DNA of 64,000 nucleotides, taken from assembly GCA_014729135.1 (NCBI GenBank), contig WJKK01000001.1:794919-858918 (forward strand), written 5' to 3'. This DNA comes from a candidate division WWE3 bacterium. Lineage in GTDB: Bacteria > Patescibacteriota > WWE3 > UBA101185 > UBA10185. The notes under the pieces were generated by a model, which was given only the letters and a program-made list of their open reading frames with translations, did not search any database and was not told the DNA's origin. Below, in pieces: positions 18,466-27,291 of the stretch. A program made the translations under genes and the position numbers. How positions within the stretch are numbered: the first letter of the stretch is position 1; each line of letters begins with the position of its first letter.

Positions 18466-19014
18466 CTAAACCGTCATTATCTCCTTAGTCTTCTTCTCCC
18501 CCAAATCCTCAAGCTTATCGTTATACTCCTTAACAACCTCCTCCACATCTTCCCGCAGCTTAAACTTTTCATCCTCGCCAATCTCCTTATCGGCAAAAAG
18601 CTTGTCAATATCTTTCATAGCCTCCTGACGAATTCGACGGATTTGCTGACGGCTCTCCTCAACTTTTGCAGACACAATTTTTGCAAATTCTTTTCTGCGC
18701 TCTTCCGTTAGGCCGGGGAAAGACAAACGCACACGGTCCCCTTCAACTACAGGTTCCACTTGAACGTCGCTTTCACGAATAGCTTTAGCGATATTTTCAA
18801 TAAGACTTTTGTCCCAGGGAGTTATTACTATTGTAGTGGCATCGGGCATTGTAATGGATCCTACTTCTTGAAGTGACATTTGGGATTCGTAGGCGTTAAC
18901 TCTAACGGGATCTAGCATGGAAGTGTTGGCCCGCCCGGTTCGAATTTGAGTTAACTCTTGTTTTAAGGCATCAACAGCTTTTTGAAGTTGGGTTTTTAGT
19001 TCGTTTTTGTTCAT
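18466..19014 (-). CDS. frr: Ribosome recycling factor
   Basis: IRTGRAN and LTEERRKE motifs. Confidence 0.97.
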   Translation of the reverse strand: MNKNELKTQLQKAVDALKQELTQIRTGRANTSMLDPVRVNAYESQMSLQEVGSITMPDATTIVITPWDKSLIENIAKAIRESDVQVEPVVEGDRVRLSFPGLTEERRKEFAKIVSAKVEESRQQIRRIRQEAMKDIDKLFADKEIGEDEKFKLREDVEEVVKEYNDKLEDLGEKKTKEIMTV

Positions 19015-19080
19015 GTGGTAATTCTAACACATGGAGTTGCTTGTAGACTTTCCTATTTTTATCTTTATTTCTATTTTGAA

Positions 19081-19539
19081 CTATATAGAAAAGCGGGCGG
19101 TCTTTGAAAGCACTATTTTCTCACCTGTTTTTGCAATAGCCTCAGTCACCAATTCACTCACTTTTTTACTTGGATCACGAATGTACTCATCTTCTAACAA
19201 TTCACCTACATCAAAGTAATCTTTAATAGCTGCTTGCATTGCAATTTCCTGTGCTAAATCCTTAAACTCATCAGTTTTTGCAACAAAATCTGTTTCACAC
19301 TCAAGCTGAATCATGCTACCAATATTGCCGCCTGTGTGAATGTAACTATGAATCAAGCCGGCACCTACTGTTCTTTCGGCAGTTTTCTTTGCTGCTATAG
19401 CTTTTCCACGTTCTATTAATGCTTCTTTAGCTTTCTCGAAATCTCCACCGGCTTCTTCTAAAGCTTTTTTAACATCTAATACGGAGGCGCTTGTTTCCTC
19501 ACGAAGTTTTTTAATATTTTTAATGTCTATTTTTGACAT
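19081..19539 (-). CDS. tsf: Elongation factor Ts (short, 152 aa)
   Basis: IKKLREET, KKALEEAGGD, CETDFVAK and GEKIV...RF motifs. Confidence 0.95.
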   Translation of the reverse strand: MSKIDIKNIKKLREETSASVLDVKKALEEAGGDFEKAKEALIERGKAIAAKKTAERTVGAGLIHSYIHTGGNIGSMIQLECETDFVAKTDEFKDLAQEIAMQAAIKDYFDVGELLEDEYIRDPSKKVSELVTEAIAKTGEKIVLSKTARFSI

Positions 19540-19594
19540 AAATCTCCTTTAATAAAATTTAAATAATTTTTGATCTAACACTTTACCCAATTTT

Positions 19595-20410
19595 TTATTT
19601 CTCTTCTTTATTCTCGTTCTCCTCACTTTCCTCCTTTTCCTGCTCCCGCTTCTCCTGCTCCCGCTTCTCCTGCTCCTGCTCCTCCTCAGCATCCTGCTCC
19701 TCCTCAGCATCCTGCTTCTCATAATCCTCATAACCCTTCTCAATAGCACCACACAAAACCTTCAAAATCAGCGAAGTAGACTTAATAGCATCATCATTTC
19801 CGGGAATAGGATAGTCAATCCCCGTAGGATCAGTATCAGTGTCAAGCAAAGCTACAATAGGAACATCGGTTCGCTTAGCCTCTCGTACAGCTGTTTTTTC
19901 TCGATGAGCATCAATAACAACAACAGCACCGGGCAATCCACGAATCCCAACAAGCCCACCCACCGAATTTTCAAGCTTCGTTATCTCCCTATCCAAAAGC
20001 AACTGCTCCTTTTTTGTGTACATTTCATACTCACCTGCTTCACGCTTCTTCTTCATTTTAACTAACTTATCAATATTATTCTTAATCACACGATAGTTAG
20101 TTAAAGTTCCACCAAGCCAGCGCTGATTTACATACAAAGCTTTGCAGTGTTGAGATTCCAGTTTGATAAGCTCAGAAACCTGACGTTTAGTACCTACCAA
20201 AATAATCTGCTCTCCTTTTTTGGCCGTCTCATACAAAAACTCAGCGCCCTCCTTTAGCAACTCGTGAGTTTTTTCCAGATTTATTACGTGAATATTCTTG
20301 CGAGCCTCATAGATATAAGGCGCCGCATTAGGATGCCATCTTCGAATTTGATGTCCTAAGTGAACGCCTGCATCAAAGAGTTCTTTAACTGTTGGTATTT
20401 TTAGTTTCAT
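19595..20410 (-). CDS. rpsB: 30S ribosomal protein S2 with a tandem-repeat acidic tail
   Basis: [16 protein letters not shown] and IPGNDDA motifs; AGGAGG RBS before the ATG at 20410. Confidence 0.97.
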   Translation of the reverse strand: MKLKIPTVKELFDAGVHLGHQIRRWHPNAAPYIYEARKNIHVINLEKTHELLKEGAEFLYETAKKGEQIILVGTKRQVSELIKLESQHCKALYVNQRWLGGTLTNYRVIKNNIDKLVKMKKKREAGEYEMYTKKEQLLLDREITKLENSVGGLVGIRGLPGAVVVIDAHREKTAVREAKRTDVPIVALLDTDTDPTGIDYPIPGNDDAIKSTSLILKVLCGAIEKGYEDYEKQDAEEEQDAEEEQEQEKREQEKREQEKEESEENENKEEK

Positions 20411-20465
20411 AAAAAAATCCTCCTTTTTTGTTTTGTACAAAGGAGGTTTAAAAAAATAAATATTT

Positions 20466-20651
20466 GGTTTACCTCCCTTTTATTTTGAACTTGATTTTGG
20501 CACTTTACACTGCAAGCTCTCATTGAGGCCCTGCTTTTTAAACTTTTCCTCTTGTGTTTTTTGGCTTTTCAGAGCTGTCTTCACAGGAGGTGTTTTGCAG
20601 AGAGGGTTCCTCACTGACTTTTGTAGACTAACATAAAGAGGGGGCGTGTGC
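20466..20651 (-). promoter_or_regulatory. Probable rpsB (S2) autoregulatory leader RNA
   Basis: Minus strand begins GCACACGCCCC and ends GGGAGGTAAACC, resembling the conserved ends of S2 leaders. Confidence 0.45.
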
Positions 20652-20793
20652 AAAATTATTTAGAGATAGCGAGAAATGGGGAGGGCCTGCCAACAAACAA
20701 AATAAAGCTTATTGTGACATGTTTTATTTTTCTTATATAATTGGCTTATCTCGATTCCTACTTAAAACCCATCAAGGTTTAAGCAGAAACATT

Positions 20794-20823
20794 AAAGCCT
20801 TCGCAAAAAGCGAAGGCTTTTTT
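20794..20823 (+). terminator. Intrinsic terminator of a short orphan transcript
   Basis: AAAGCCTTCGC-AAAAA-GCGAAGGCTTT followed by a T run. Confidence 0.7.
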
Positions 20824-20983
20824 GCTTTAAACCTCCTCCCACTCCTAGTCCTAATCCCACTCCTAGAAAAACCCACCCAAACCAAGTATCATACTTAAAA
20901 CAAGGGTAAGGGAAAAACCGGCAACACCTAAAAGAAAAACCCCGCAACAAAAGCACAAGCCCAGTATCATGCTCAAAACTTAA

Positions 20984-21946
20984 ATGATCATAAACCTACT
21001 AAACAAAAAAAGCAAAAAAGACGAATACCTCTTCAAAAAAGAATACCACCAGCGCCTAGAGCAAATCCTTAAAGAAAAATACAGCATAGAAACAAAATTC
21101 TCCGAAAACTTCTCGTGGGGATACACCTCCACATCCACCTACATTAAAGACACCAAAGATCAAGAATTTGTTGCCAGAATCAGCGCCAACACTCCCCTAA
21201 AAGAAGCTGCGACTTTTAAAGACCTGGCCATCACCCAACAAATTGCCGACAAAATCGCAACCAGAACCTACATTCCCAACAACAAAGGAAATCACCTGAC
21301 TTACATTGACCAAGAGCGCGACTCCCAAGGCAACACCCTCATAGAAAACGCCATCCTTACCTGCTATCCGTACATTCATGGCACTCCCCCATTTAAAATG
21401 ACAGAGGACATTATCACGCAAGCGGTTGACCGACTTAAAATGATTCATAAGCTGGACCCGACGCCTATTCAGAAGGCTTTGGAAACGTATTCTTTGGAGG
21501 AGGCTTTAACCGCCGACCTGGGCAAGATTGCAGCGGTTGTGGAGGGGGTTGAAGGTGCTGACAGTGCAGAAATCAACAAAGTAGCTTTCCTCCATGGAGA
21601 CATGACACCCTCCAACATTTTGGTGTCCTATGAAAAGATTGTGGCTGTGGTGGATTTTGAGTTGGCTGTGGTGGGTCCGGTGGAGTGGGATTTGGCAAGG
21701 CTTGCGGTTTTTTCGTGGTTTCGTTTACCGGAAAATTATGATTTTGGAACAGTTTTGGATTTGATAGAGAAAACTTATAAAGAGGATTTAAAGCGTGATT
21801 TTTTGGAGGCGTTTTCACTGGAGCATGCTAAAAGCCATGCCGAAAATATTGAATCTCATAAGGATTTGCATAAAAGCAAAAGGGACTATCGAGCACAGCT
21901 GAAATTTGCTAAAAAGAAGTTAAAGCAACTGAAAAAAAGTCTTTAA
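20984..21946 (+). CDS. APH/choline-kinase-like phosphotransferase
   Basis: Brenner-type HGDMTPSNIL and VVDFE motifs, GPVEWDLA. Confidence 0.85.
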   Translation: MIINLLNKKSKKDEYLFKKEYHQRLEQILKEKYSIETKFSENFSWGYTSTSTYIKDTKDQEFVARISANTPLKEAATFKDLAITQQIADKIATRTYIPNNKGNHLTYIDQERDSQGNTLIENAILTCYPYIHGTPPFKMTEDIITQAVDRLKMIHKLDPTPIQKALETYSLEEALTADLGKIAAVVEGVEGADSAEINKVAFLHGDMTPSNILVSYEKIVAVVDFELAVVGPVEWDLARLAVFSWFRLPENYDFGTVLDLIEKTYKEDLKRDFLEAFSLEHAKSHAENIESHKDLHKSKRDYRAQLKFAKKKLKQLKKSL

Positions 21947-23595
21947 TTTGCAGGGCGCAAAGGTTGGTCCTGCTCAAACGTAAGCCCAAGCTTCACCGCA
22001 GCCTCCGCCTTAGCCAACTGCCTCCCCAAATCACAAGCAGCTCCCAAATCGCTAACAAGCAAATCCTTAAAAATCATAGCCGACAAATCTCGTGCCGCCT
22101 TCTCTGCATGACCATCAATAGAAAACTTAGCCAACTCCTTAGTACCCTCCGGTGAGAAAAACGTCACCAAAATTTGCGAACTGTCATCCCCTGACAAACA
22201 CACCGTATAATAACCGCGAGGATCATACTGGCAAGTGCGCCCTAAATGATCATTTTCTGCCACTACGGCCAAAGCAGCCTCCCAATTAATCTCGTAAATC
22301 TCGGCAATATGGGAAATTGTGGTTAAAACACCCATCTCACAAGAAATCTTATGGGATAACTTTTTTTGAAAAGCTCGCAAGGCAAAGACGTTCAACGGCC
22401 AAGCCCCATAGATGTCGTTATTTCTGAACACGGCTGTCATGTCAAACTTCCCATCTACAACCTGACCTAAAATCATAACCATGCAAGGCACTCGCCACTT
22501 TTTGGTCTGCCCCATTTCCTTACGCTCAATATCAGAGGGGGGAAAATTGTCGTTATGCGGCTCCCATAAAACCGCCAATGCTCCCCTATCAAAGTTAAAG
22601 CGCTTTAATTTTTCCACCATGATTTTTTCCTGATCTAAGGGAATGTTTAGTTTGAAGTCAGGGTTTTTGGATTCCGGATCGAGTCCGGAAGAACGGGAAT
22701 CCGTAGAACTAGAGGCGGAATGACGGGAAAGACCTCCGAAGGAGTCTCTCCCCCACTTAAAAATTCGCTCCCCGTAAGTGTAAACCTCCTGTTTTTCTCC
22801 CGATTTGTTAGGCTCATTAGGATCAAAGAACCCCTTTATATAAAGGTCTAGCTGCTTTTTATCAAAATTAAAAAAGTCGTAAATCTCAGGACTTGCGGGA
22901 TCCTCTTCCTCAACAACAATGGAAAGGTTTTGAACCTGGCCAACCTCACCGTACATTCCGGGAATTCGACGACCAAAGCGAGTTACTGTTTTTAGAGCAT
23001 CCAACCAAGCTTCTCCAATGTATTTTCTACGGATTTTAAAAACTGACCTGTCGGTGGGAAATGTTTTAGGAGCAGCTTTTTCCGCCTCAGGAAATGTTAT
23101 AGGTTGTGTAAAGGGTTCCGTGTTTTTTGAGGCCTCATGCACCTTGGCTACTTTTCTTGCCAAATCCTCCAGAGATTCTAAACGAAAGTCATAAAAAGCC
23201 ACCTTTTGTCTTAGTAGCTCCAAAATCTCCAAAGGGATCTCCTTGTCAATAAAAGCTTTTTTTGTGTTTTTAATTGCCCAATGCGTAATATTCTCATTCT
23301 CATCCTGAACCGGCTCCACTCCTTTTTCAAAAAAATTCTTTAAAGCTATACCACTTTCCTGCCGATCTATTCCACACAAAAACAGATGCCGAATTTTTGG
23401 ATTAGCAAGAATGTTTCGCAAAAGATAGTTGATGCCTCCTTTTGTGTAGAGCTGCCCACATGCTGCAAAAGTTTGAGGAGTGAGCTTTTCGGCAACCATT
23501 TCTTTTGGCATCCAAAGTGTTGCTATTGCAGTGGAGGAGTTTAGGTTTTCCATTAGGATGCGGTCTTTGAAGTATTTCGGCCAGTTTTCAATCAC
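21943..23595 (-). CDS. Thymidylate synthase-like fusion: MtrA-like N-domain, TS domain, DUF4346-like C-domain
   Basis: N-terminal GQLYT.GGINYLLRNILANPKIRHLFLCG; TS motifs YTYGERI, VPC and FRNNDIYGAWPLN; C-terminal DPRGYY...LGRQLAKAE...FEQD. Confidence 0.8.
   Translation of the reverse strand: MIENWPKYFKDRILMENLNSSTAIATLWMPKEMVAEKLTPQTFAACGQLYTKGGINYLLRNILANPKIRHLFLCGIDRQESGIALKNFFEKGVEPVQDENENITHWAIKNTKKAFIDKEIPLEILELLRQKVAFYDFRLESLEDLARKVAKVHEASKNTEPFTQPITFPEAEKAAPKTFPTDRSVFKIRRKYIGEAWLDALKTVTRFGRRIPGMYGEVGQVQNLSIVVEEEDPASPEIYDFFNFDKKQLDLYIKGFFDPNEPNKSGEKQEVYTYGERIFKWGRDSFGGLSRHSASSSTDSRSSGLDPESKNPDFKLNIPLDQEKIMVEKLKRFNFDRGALAVLWEPHNDNFPPSDIERKEMGQTKKWRVPCMVMILGQVVDGKFDMTAVFRNNDIYGAWPLNVFALRAFQKKLSHKISCEMGVLTTISHIAEIYEINWEAALAVVAENDHLGRTCQYDPRGYYTVCLSGDDSSQILVTFFSPEGTKELAKFSIDGHAEKAARDLSAMIFKDLLVSDLGAACDLGRQLAKAEAAVKLGLTFEQDQPLRPAN
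22669..22724. repeat. RPE-like palindromes inside the TS-like gene
   Basis: GGATTCCGGATCGAGTCCGGAA...GGAATGAC; peptide RHSASSSTDSRSSGLDPES. Confidence 0.7.
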
Positions 23596-23620
23596 AGGAG
23601 TATTTTAGCATGGGAGTTTT

Positions 23621-24085
23621 TTAAGCCCTACCCCAAACAACATCTTCCGGGATTTGTGTTACAGAAACTCCTGCTTCTTTAAAAACAGGCATTGCCTCAT
23701 TTCCCGAGGTAAAGTGATCTGACATATAAAAAATTTGCACTACCCCCTCCCCTACTAGTTTCTTTGCACAATCCATACAGGGAAAACGGGTTACATAGAC
23801 CGTAGCTCCTTTTATACTGACTCCCTTTTGTTTGGCTTGATTTAGAGCGGCTATTTCAGCGTGAATAATCGGAGGCATGCCACTTTCCTGCTCCACGACG
23901 TCGCTTTGCTCCGAAATGTCGCGGGAAAGGGCATGCCCTCCTTTTGCAATTTTATTATGACCTTCGCCAATAACGACACCTTCCGACGAAACAAAAACAC
24001 ATCCCGTGCGTACATCCAGTGAAGAATTGTCACACAACAAACACGCTCTTTGCATTAAATTAATATCCTGTGAATTAAAACTCAT
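23621..24085 (-). CDS. dCMP deaminase-family zinc deaminase
   Basis: HAE and PCMDCAK zinc motifs; GATVYVT. Confidence 0.88.
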   Translation of the reverse strand: MSFNSQDINLMQRACLLCDNSSLDVRTGCVFVSSEGVVIGEGHNKIAKGGHALSRDISEQSDVVEQESGMPPIIHAEIAALNQAKQKGVSIKGATVYVTRFPCMDCAKKLVGEGVVQIFYMSDHFTSGNEAMPVFKEAGVSVTQIPEDVVWGRA

Positions 24086-24137
24086 AAAACAAACCAACCC
24101 TTACGGAGCAGTTGCCTAACAAAAAATTTTAGCAGCG

Positions 24138-24677
24138 TCAGCGACAAGCTTTTTTCGCGAAGGGAATTTCCGCAGCCACGCTCCGCAACCTCTTAGCCAT
24201 CTCCACCGGAGCAACCTCAATATCGCAAAAATTGTAACTAAACCTAAAATTCTCATAGACCATAAACTCCGGTGTAATAGGCAACAAATGAATGTGCAAA
24301 TGCTTCAAACTACTCCCCGATTTTTTAGTCCCCTCCCGATACAAAACATTCACATCCTTGACATCACAACCTTGGCGAATAACCTCCATTCCAAGTGAAA
24401 TCATTTTATGAGCATCCCGCCAATCCTGAGGTGAAAAATCCTCCAAACGCTCAATATGCTTTTTTGGAATCACCATTAAATGGCCATCAATATAGGGAAA
24501 AAGATTCATAGTTAAAACAACATCGCCGGATTCCGCAATAATATACTTTTCCTTCAAATCACAAAAAGGGCACTTGGTTACAGAACTTGCAATATCACTA
24601 TACCAATGGGATTTGCGTGCATTCTTCTGCGCCTCCTCCGAATAAGCATGCTTTTTATTTGTGTCATCCTTTTTCAT
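24138..24677 (-). CDS. HIT-family nucleotide hydrolase
   Basis: CPFC, NLFPYIDGHLMVIPKKH and HLHIHLL histidine triad. Confidence 0.9.
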   Translation of the reverse strand: MKKDDTNKKHAYSEEAQKNARKSHWYSDIASSVTKCPFCDLKEKYIIAESGDVVLTMNLFPYIDGHLMVIPKKHIERLEDFSPQDWRDAHKMISLGMEVIRQGCDVKDVNVLYREGTKKSGSSLKHLHIHLLPITPEFMVYENFRFSYNFCDIEVAPVEMAKRLRSVAAEIPFAKKACR

Positions 24678-24734
24678 AGTTTAAAACCCAGGCAGTAGGA
24701 GCAGCGCAAAAAACAGAACGTAATAAAAGCCACC

Positions 24735-26015
24735 TCAAACATCCCCATTCAGCCGAGACCGCTCCATCAAAAACGCCTCATAACGGCTGCGATCCATACA
24801 CTCCTCAAAAATCTCCCTCACCTTCTCATGCGCCACCTTATCTATTATAGCCGACGCCGAAATATTTGTAGACTGCTTTGCTCCACGGATGACCTCACCG
24901 CCATAACTTTTCATAGCCTTATACTCCGGAGAGTCCTTGTAACCTTCATTCCAGCTTTCCTTAACCGTATAAAAAACGTCAGGCTTTAACCCATGAATCG
25001 TCTGCAAAACATCTGTCTGAGGGAAAATTGCCACATGATCAACCATATCCAAGCTTGCCAAAACATAAGCTCGCGATCTTTCCGACATTACCGGACGACC
25101 GGATCCTTTTAAACTGCGAACAGCCTCATCGGATGGGATTGCTGCCACTAAAACGTCTCCTTGCAAAGATGCCTGCTCAATAAAGCGGGCATGCCCCACG
25201 TGAAGCAAATCGTAACTTCCTGAAACTAAAACCACTTTTTTACCTTGCTTTTTGTACTTTTCGGAAAGGGTCGGCAGCTCTTTTGGCGTGTGAATGAATT
25301 TGTTGGCGTTGTAGGCAAAAAGATTTAGAGGCTTTTGCTGTCCAAAATCCACCGGTTTTAAGTTGGGCTCGGCATTAAAATTTAGGGAGGGCATGTTGTC
25401 GTTGAGGTAAGTTTGAAGGATTTGGAGAAAGCGGATGTGGGCAATGGAGCTTACCAGGCTGTTAACGCTGTAGTAGGGCTGCATTTTAGCTTCTCGGTAA
25501 GTAGCGCCACCATACATTTCTAAAACCGCTTTGTCCTGGTTGTTGCGAAGGCCATTTTCCCAGTCGTGTTCGCAGGTGTAAAAGGTTTCCGGTTGCAGCA
25601 TGATAAGAGAGGCATGCGGTCGGTCGTTGTCTACAATTGTCACATAGTCAACGTTTTTTATGTAGGTGACAAGTTCGGCTCTGATGTCTTCGGGGATTAA
25701 CGGGTAAGGCTTGCCTTTAACTCTCTTGTCGGAGGCATCTGAGGAGACGCCGGCTACTAGGATATGTCCTGCTGCTTTTGCGTCTGCTAAGTAGCGGCAG
25801 TGTCCGGGGTTGATTAAATCCCAGGAGCCTATTGTGAAGACGATTTTCTTGCCTTGCTTTTTGAGTTTTTTGCTTGTTTTTTGAAGGTCTTTGAATTCTA
25901 GGAGTTTTTTGTGGCGCTTTTTGTGATTTTTTTGTTTGGTTTTTTGGGTTTTGGGAGGTAGTTTGGAGGCTTTGTTGTGGGCTTGGTTCTGAGTTTCTTG
26001 TGCTTTGTTTGCCAT
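24735..26015 (-). CDS. Tandem two-domain cytidylyl/adenylyltransferase (RfaE/TagD-like)
   Basis: Domain 1 GSWDLINPGH...GVSSD; domain 2 GSYDLLHVGH...SDEAVRSLKGSGRP. Confidence 0.85.
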   Translation of the reverse strand: MANKAQETQNQAHNKASKLPPKTQKTKQKNHKKRHKKLLEFKDLQKTSKKLKKQGKKIVFTIGSWDLINPGHCRYLADAKAAGHILVAGVSSDASDKRVKGKPYPLIPEDIRAELVTYIKNVDYVTIVDNDRPHASLIMLQPETFYTCEHDWENGLRNNQDKAVLEMYGGATYREAKMQPYYSVNSLVSSIAHIRFLQILQTYLNDNMPSLNFNAEPNLKPVDFGQQKPLNLFAYNANKFIHTPKELPTLSEKYKKQGKKVVLVSGSYDLLHVGHARFIEQASLQGDVLVAAIPSDEAVRSLKGSGRPVMSERSRAYVLASLDMVDHVAIFPQTDVLQTIHGLKPDVFYTVKESWNEGYKDSPEYKAMKSYGGEVIRGAKQSTNISASAIIDKVAHEKVREIFEECMDRSRYEAFLMERSRLNGDV

Positions 26016-26152
26016 TGTAATGTGATGATATCACACAGGAAAAGTGGGAAACGCGACCAAAACAACCCTATAAGTTGAGAAAATGAGAGAAAAGAAGTAG
26101 AATTTCCCCAGTTAATCGGGTGTTGTTAGAGAAGTCAAACAGGAGGAATGAG

Positions 26153-26404
26153 ATGGAAATAGGCGGAGAAACGATAGCGCTACTCGTAGGATTGGGGTTG
26201 GTCTTCGTCGGAGTAGGTATTACCCTATTGAGAAATCCCCCGGCATGGACATGGCCCCATATGACGGAAGGAGAGTTCGAAACGGAGGGGTGCCCGGAAT
26301 GCGGCTACAAGACGTCACCAAAGGACGTTTTGGGAACATACGCTTGTCCGAAATGCGGGAAAAAGGTCATTCTCATCTCCCAATGGGAAAAGGAGAATAT
26401 GTAA
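26153..26404 (+). CDS. Small membrane-anchored zinc-ribbon protein
   Basis: AGGAGG RBS, TM helix, CPEC...CPKC. Confidence 0.75.
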   Translation: MEIGGETIALLVGLGLVFVGVGITLLRNPPAWTWPHMTEGEFETEGCPECGYKTSPKDVLGTYACPKCGKKVILISQWEKENM

Positions 26405-26613
26405 TGCCACCGCAGTTTTGGCAGGGTCTACTAATAGCCATACCGATTGGAACCATCGTTTTCTTCCTGCGGAGAGACAGTATCGTTCATATCTCCCAAG
26501 AAGAGTGGGATGAGTTCGGATGCCCTCGGTGCGAGGCAAAAGGGCACTACAAAAAAAACGATGTCCTACACTGCGCCGAGTGTGGGAAACGTTACATAAT
26601 CGACGCAGAATAG
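26404..26613 (+). CDS. Small membrane-anchored zinc-ribbon protein, paralogue of the upstream gene
   Basis: AAGGAG RBS, TAATG overlap, TM helix, CPRC...CAEC. Confidence 0.75.
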   Translation: MPPQFWQGLLIAIPIGTIVFFLRRDSIVHISQEEWDEFGCPRCEAKGHYKKNDVLHCAECGKRYIIDAE

Positions 26614-26808
26614 AAACAAGATGGGGGTCGCCCAAAGACGCTTGGGCGATCCCTGCTACCACTCCCCTTTTTAACTACTCCACATAAAACGTTTTCAAAA
26701 AGCACACTCTTTTCCCTTTTTTAAAACCATTCCATAGATTTGCACGATATCCTATAAAGTAATAAAATTGTCCCTGTCGCCAAAATTTCATTGCGAAAGG
26801 AGAAACTC

Positions 26809-26952
26809 GTGAGCGGAAAGACAAAAATCGTGGTGAGGTGCACTTGCTCGAAAAACCCCATATACAAGGGAAAATCGATACGAAGGGCTCAAGAAGTCTA
26901 TCAAGAGCACGCAAAGCAAGGACACCAACCTGGATTTGGTTCCTCAAAGTAG
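26809..26952 (+). CDS. Small C2H2-like protein (47 aa), not in the ORF track
   Basis: TTGCAC-17 nt-TAAAAT promoter, AAGGAG RBS and GTG start; MSGKTKIVVRCTCSK...EHAKQGH; hairpin downstream. Confidence 0.55.
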   Translation: MSGKTKIVVRCTCSKNPIYKGKSIRRAQEVYQEHAKQGHQPGFGSSK

Positions 26953-27051
26953 AGTATCTCGCGGGTGAGACTGCCAAAGACGTAATCGGCAAGCTCATTC
27001 GCGAGACCATCCCCCTTCCACAAACAACTTCAAACTCAAATTCCATTTTTT

Positions 27052-27129
27052 ATAAAGCGCAGAAATATCCCTTTTGAACGAATTTTGGCGTACTCGCCAA
27101 CCTGAGCAAAAAAGGGATATTTCAAGCTG
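27052..27129 (+). repeat. 78-bp structured dispersed repeat
   Basis: Identical to 49781-49858 except for 2 nt; outer stem AAATATCCCTTTT/AAAAGGGATATTT, inner hairpin TTGGCG-TACT-CGCCAA. Confidence 0.85.
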
Positions 27130-27177
27130 CTAAATCAAAAGGGGTGAAGCGAGAAAGGGTATGCCTGTTTTATCAGA

Positions 27178-27241
27178 GATCCTGACTTTCGTCAGGATGA
27201 CGGTATGAAGCTCAGGATGACGCACTACTAAAAAGGATGAC
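27178..27241. repeat. RPE-like palindrome with trailing AGGATGAC repeats
   Basis: GATCCTGACTTTCGTCAGGATGAC followed by two more AGGATGAC at 20-bp spacing. Confidence 0.7.
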
Positions 27242-27291
27242 GGAATACAAAATTTAGAATAGGTAAACAAGCTCTGGAGGTATGACCGGAT

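Noticed and set aside
19610-19720. Mobile repeat in the rpsB tail
   Set aside because: Simple 15- and 18-bp slippage repeats encoding an acidic tail, unrelated to the palindrome families.
26100-27130. Integron cassette array
   Set aside because: The hairpins lack attC core sites and no integron integrase is present.
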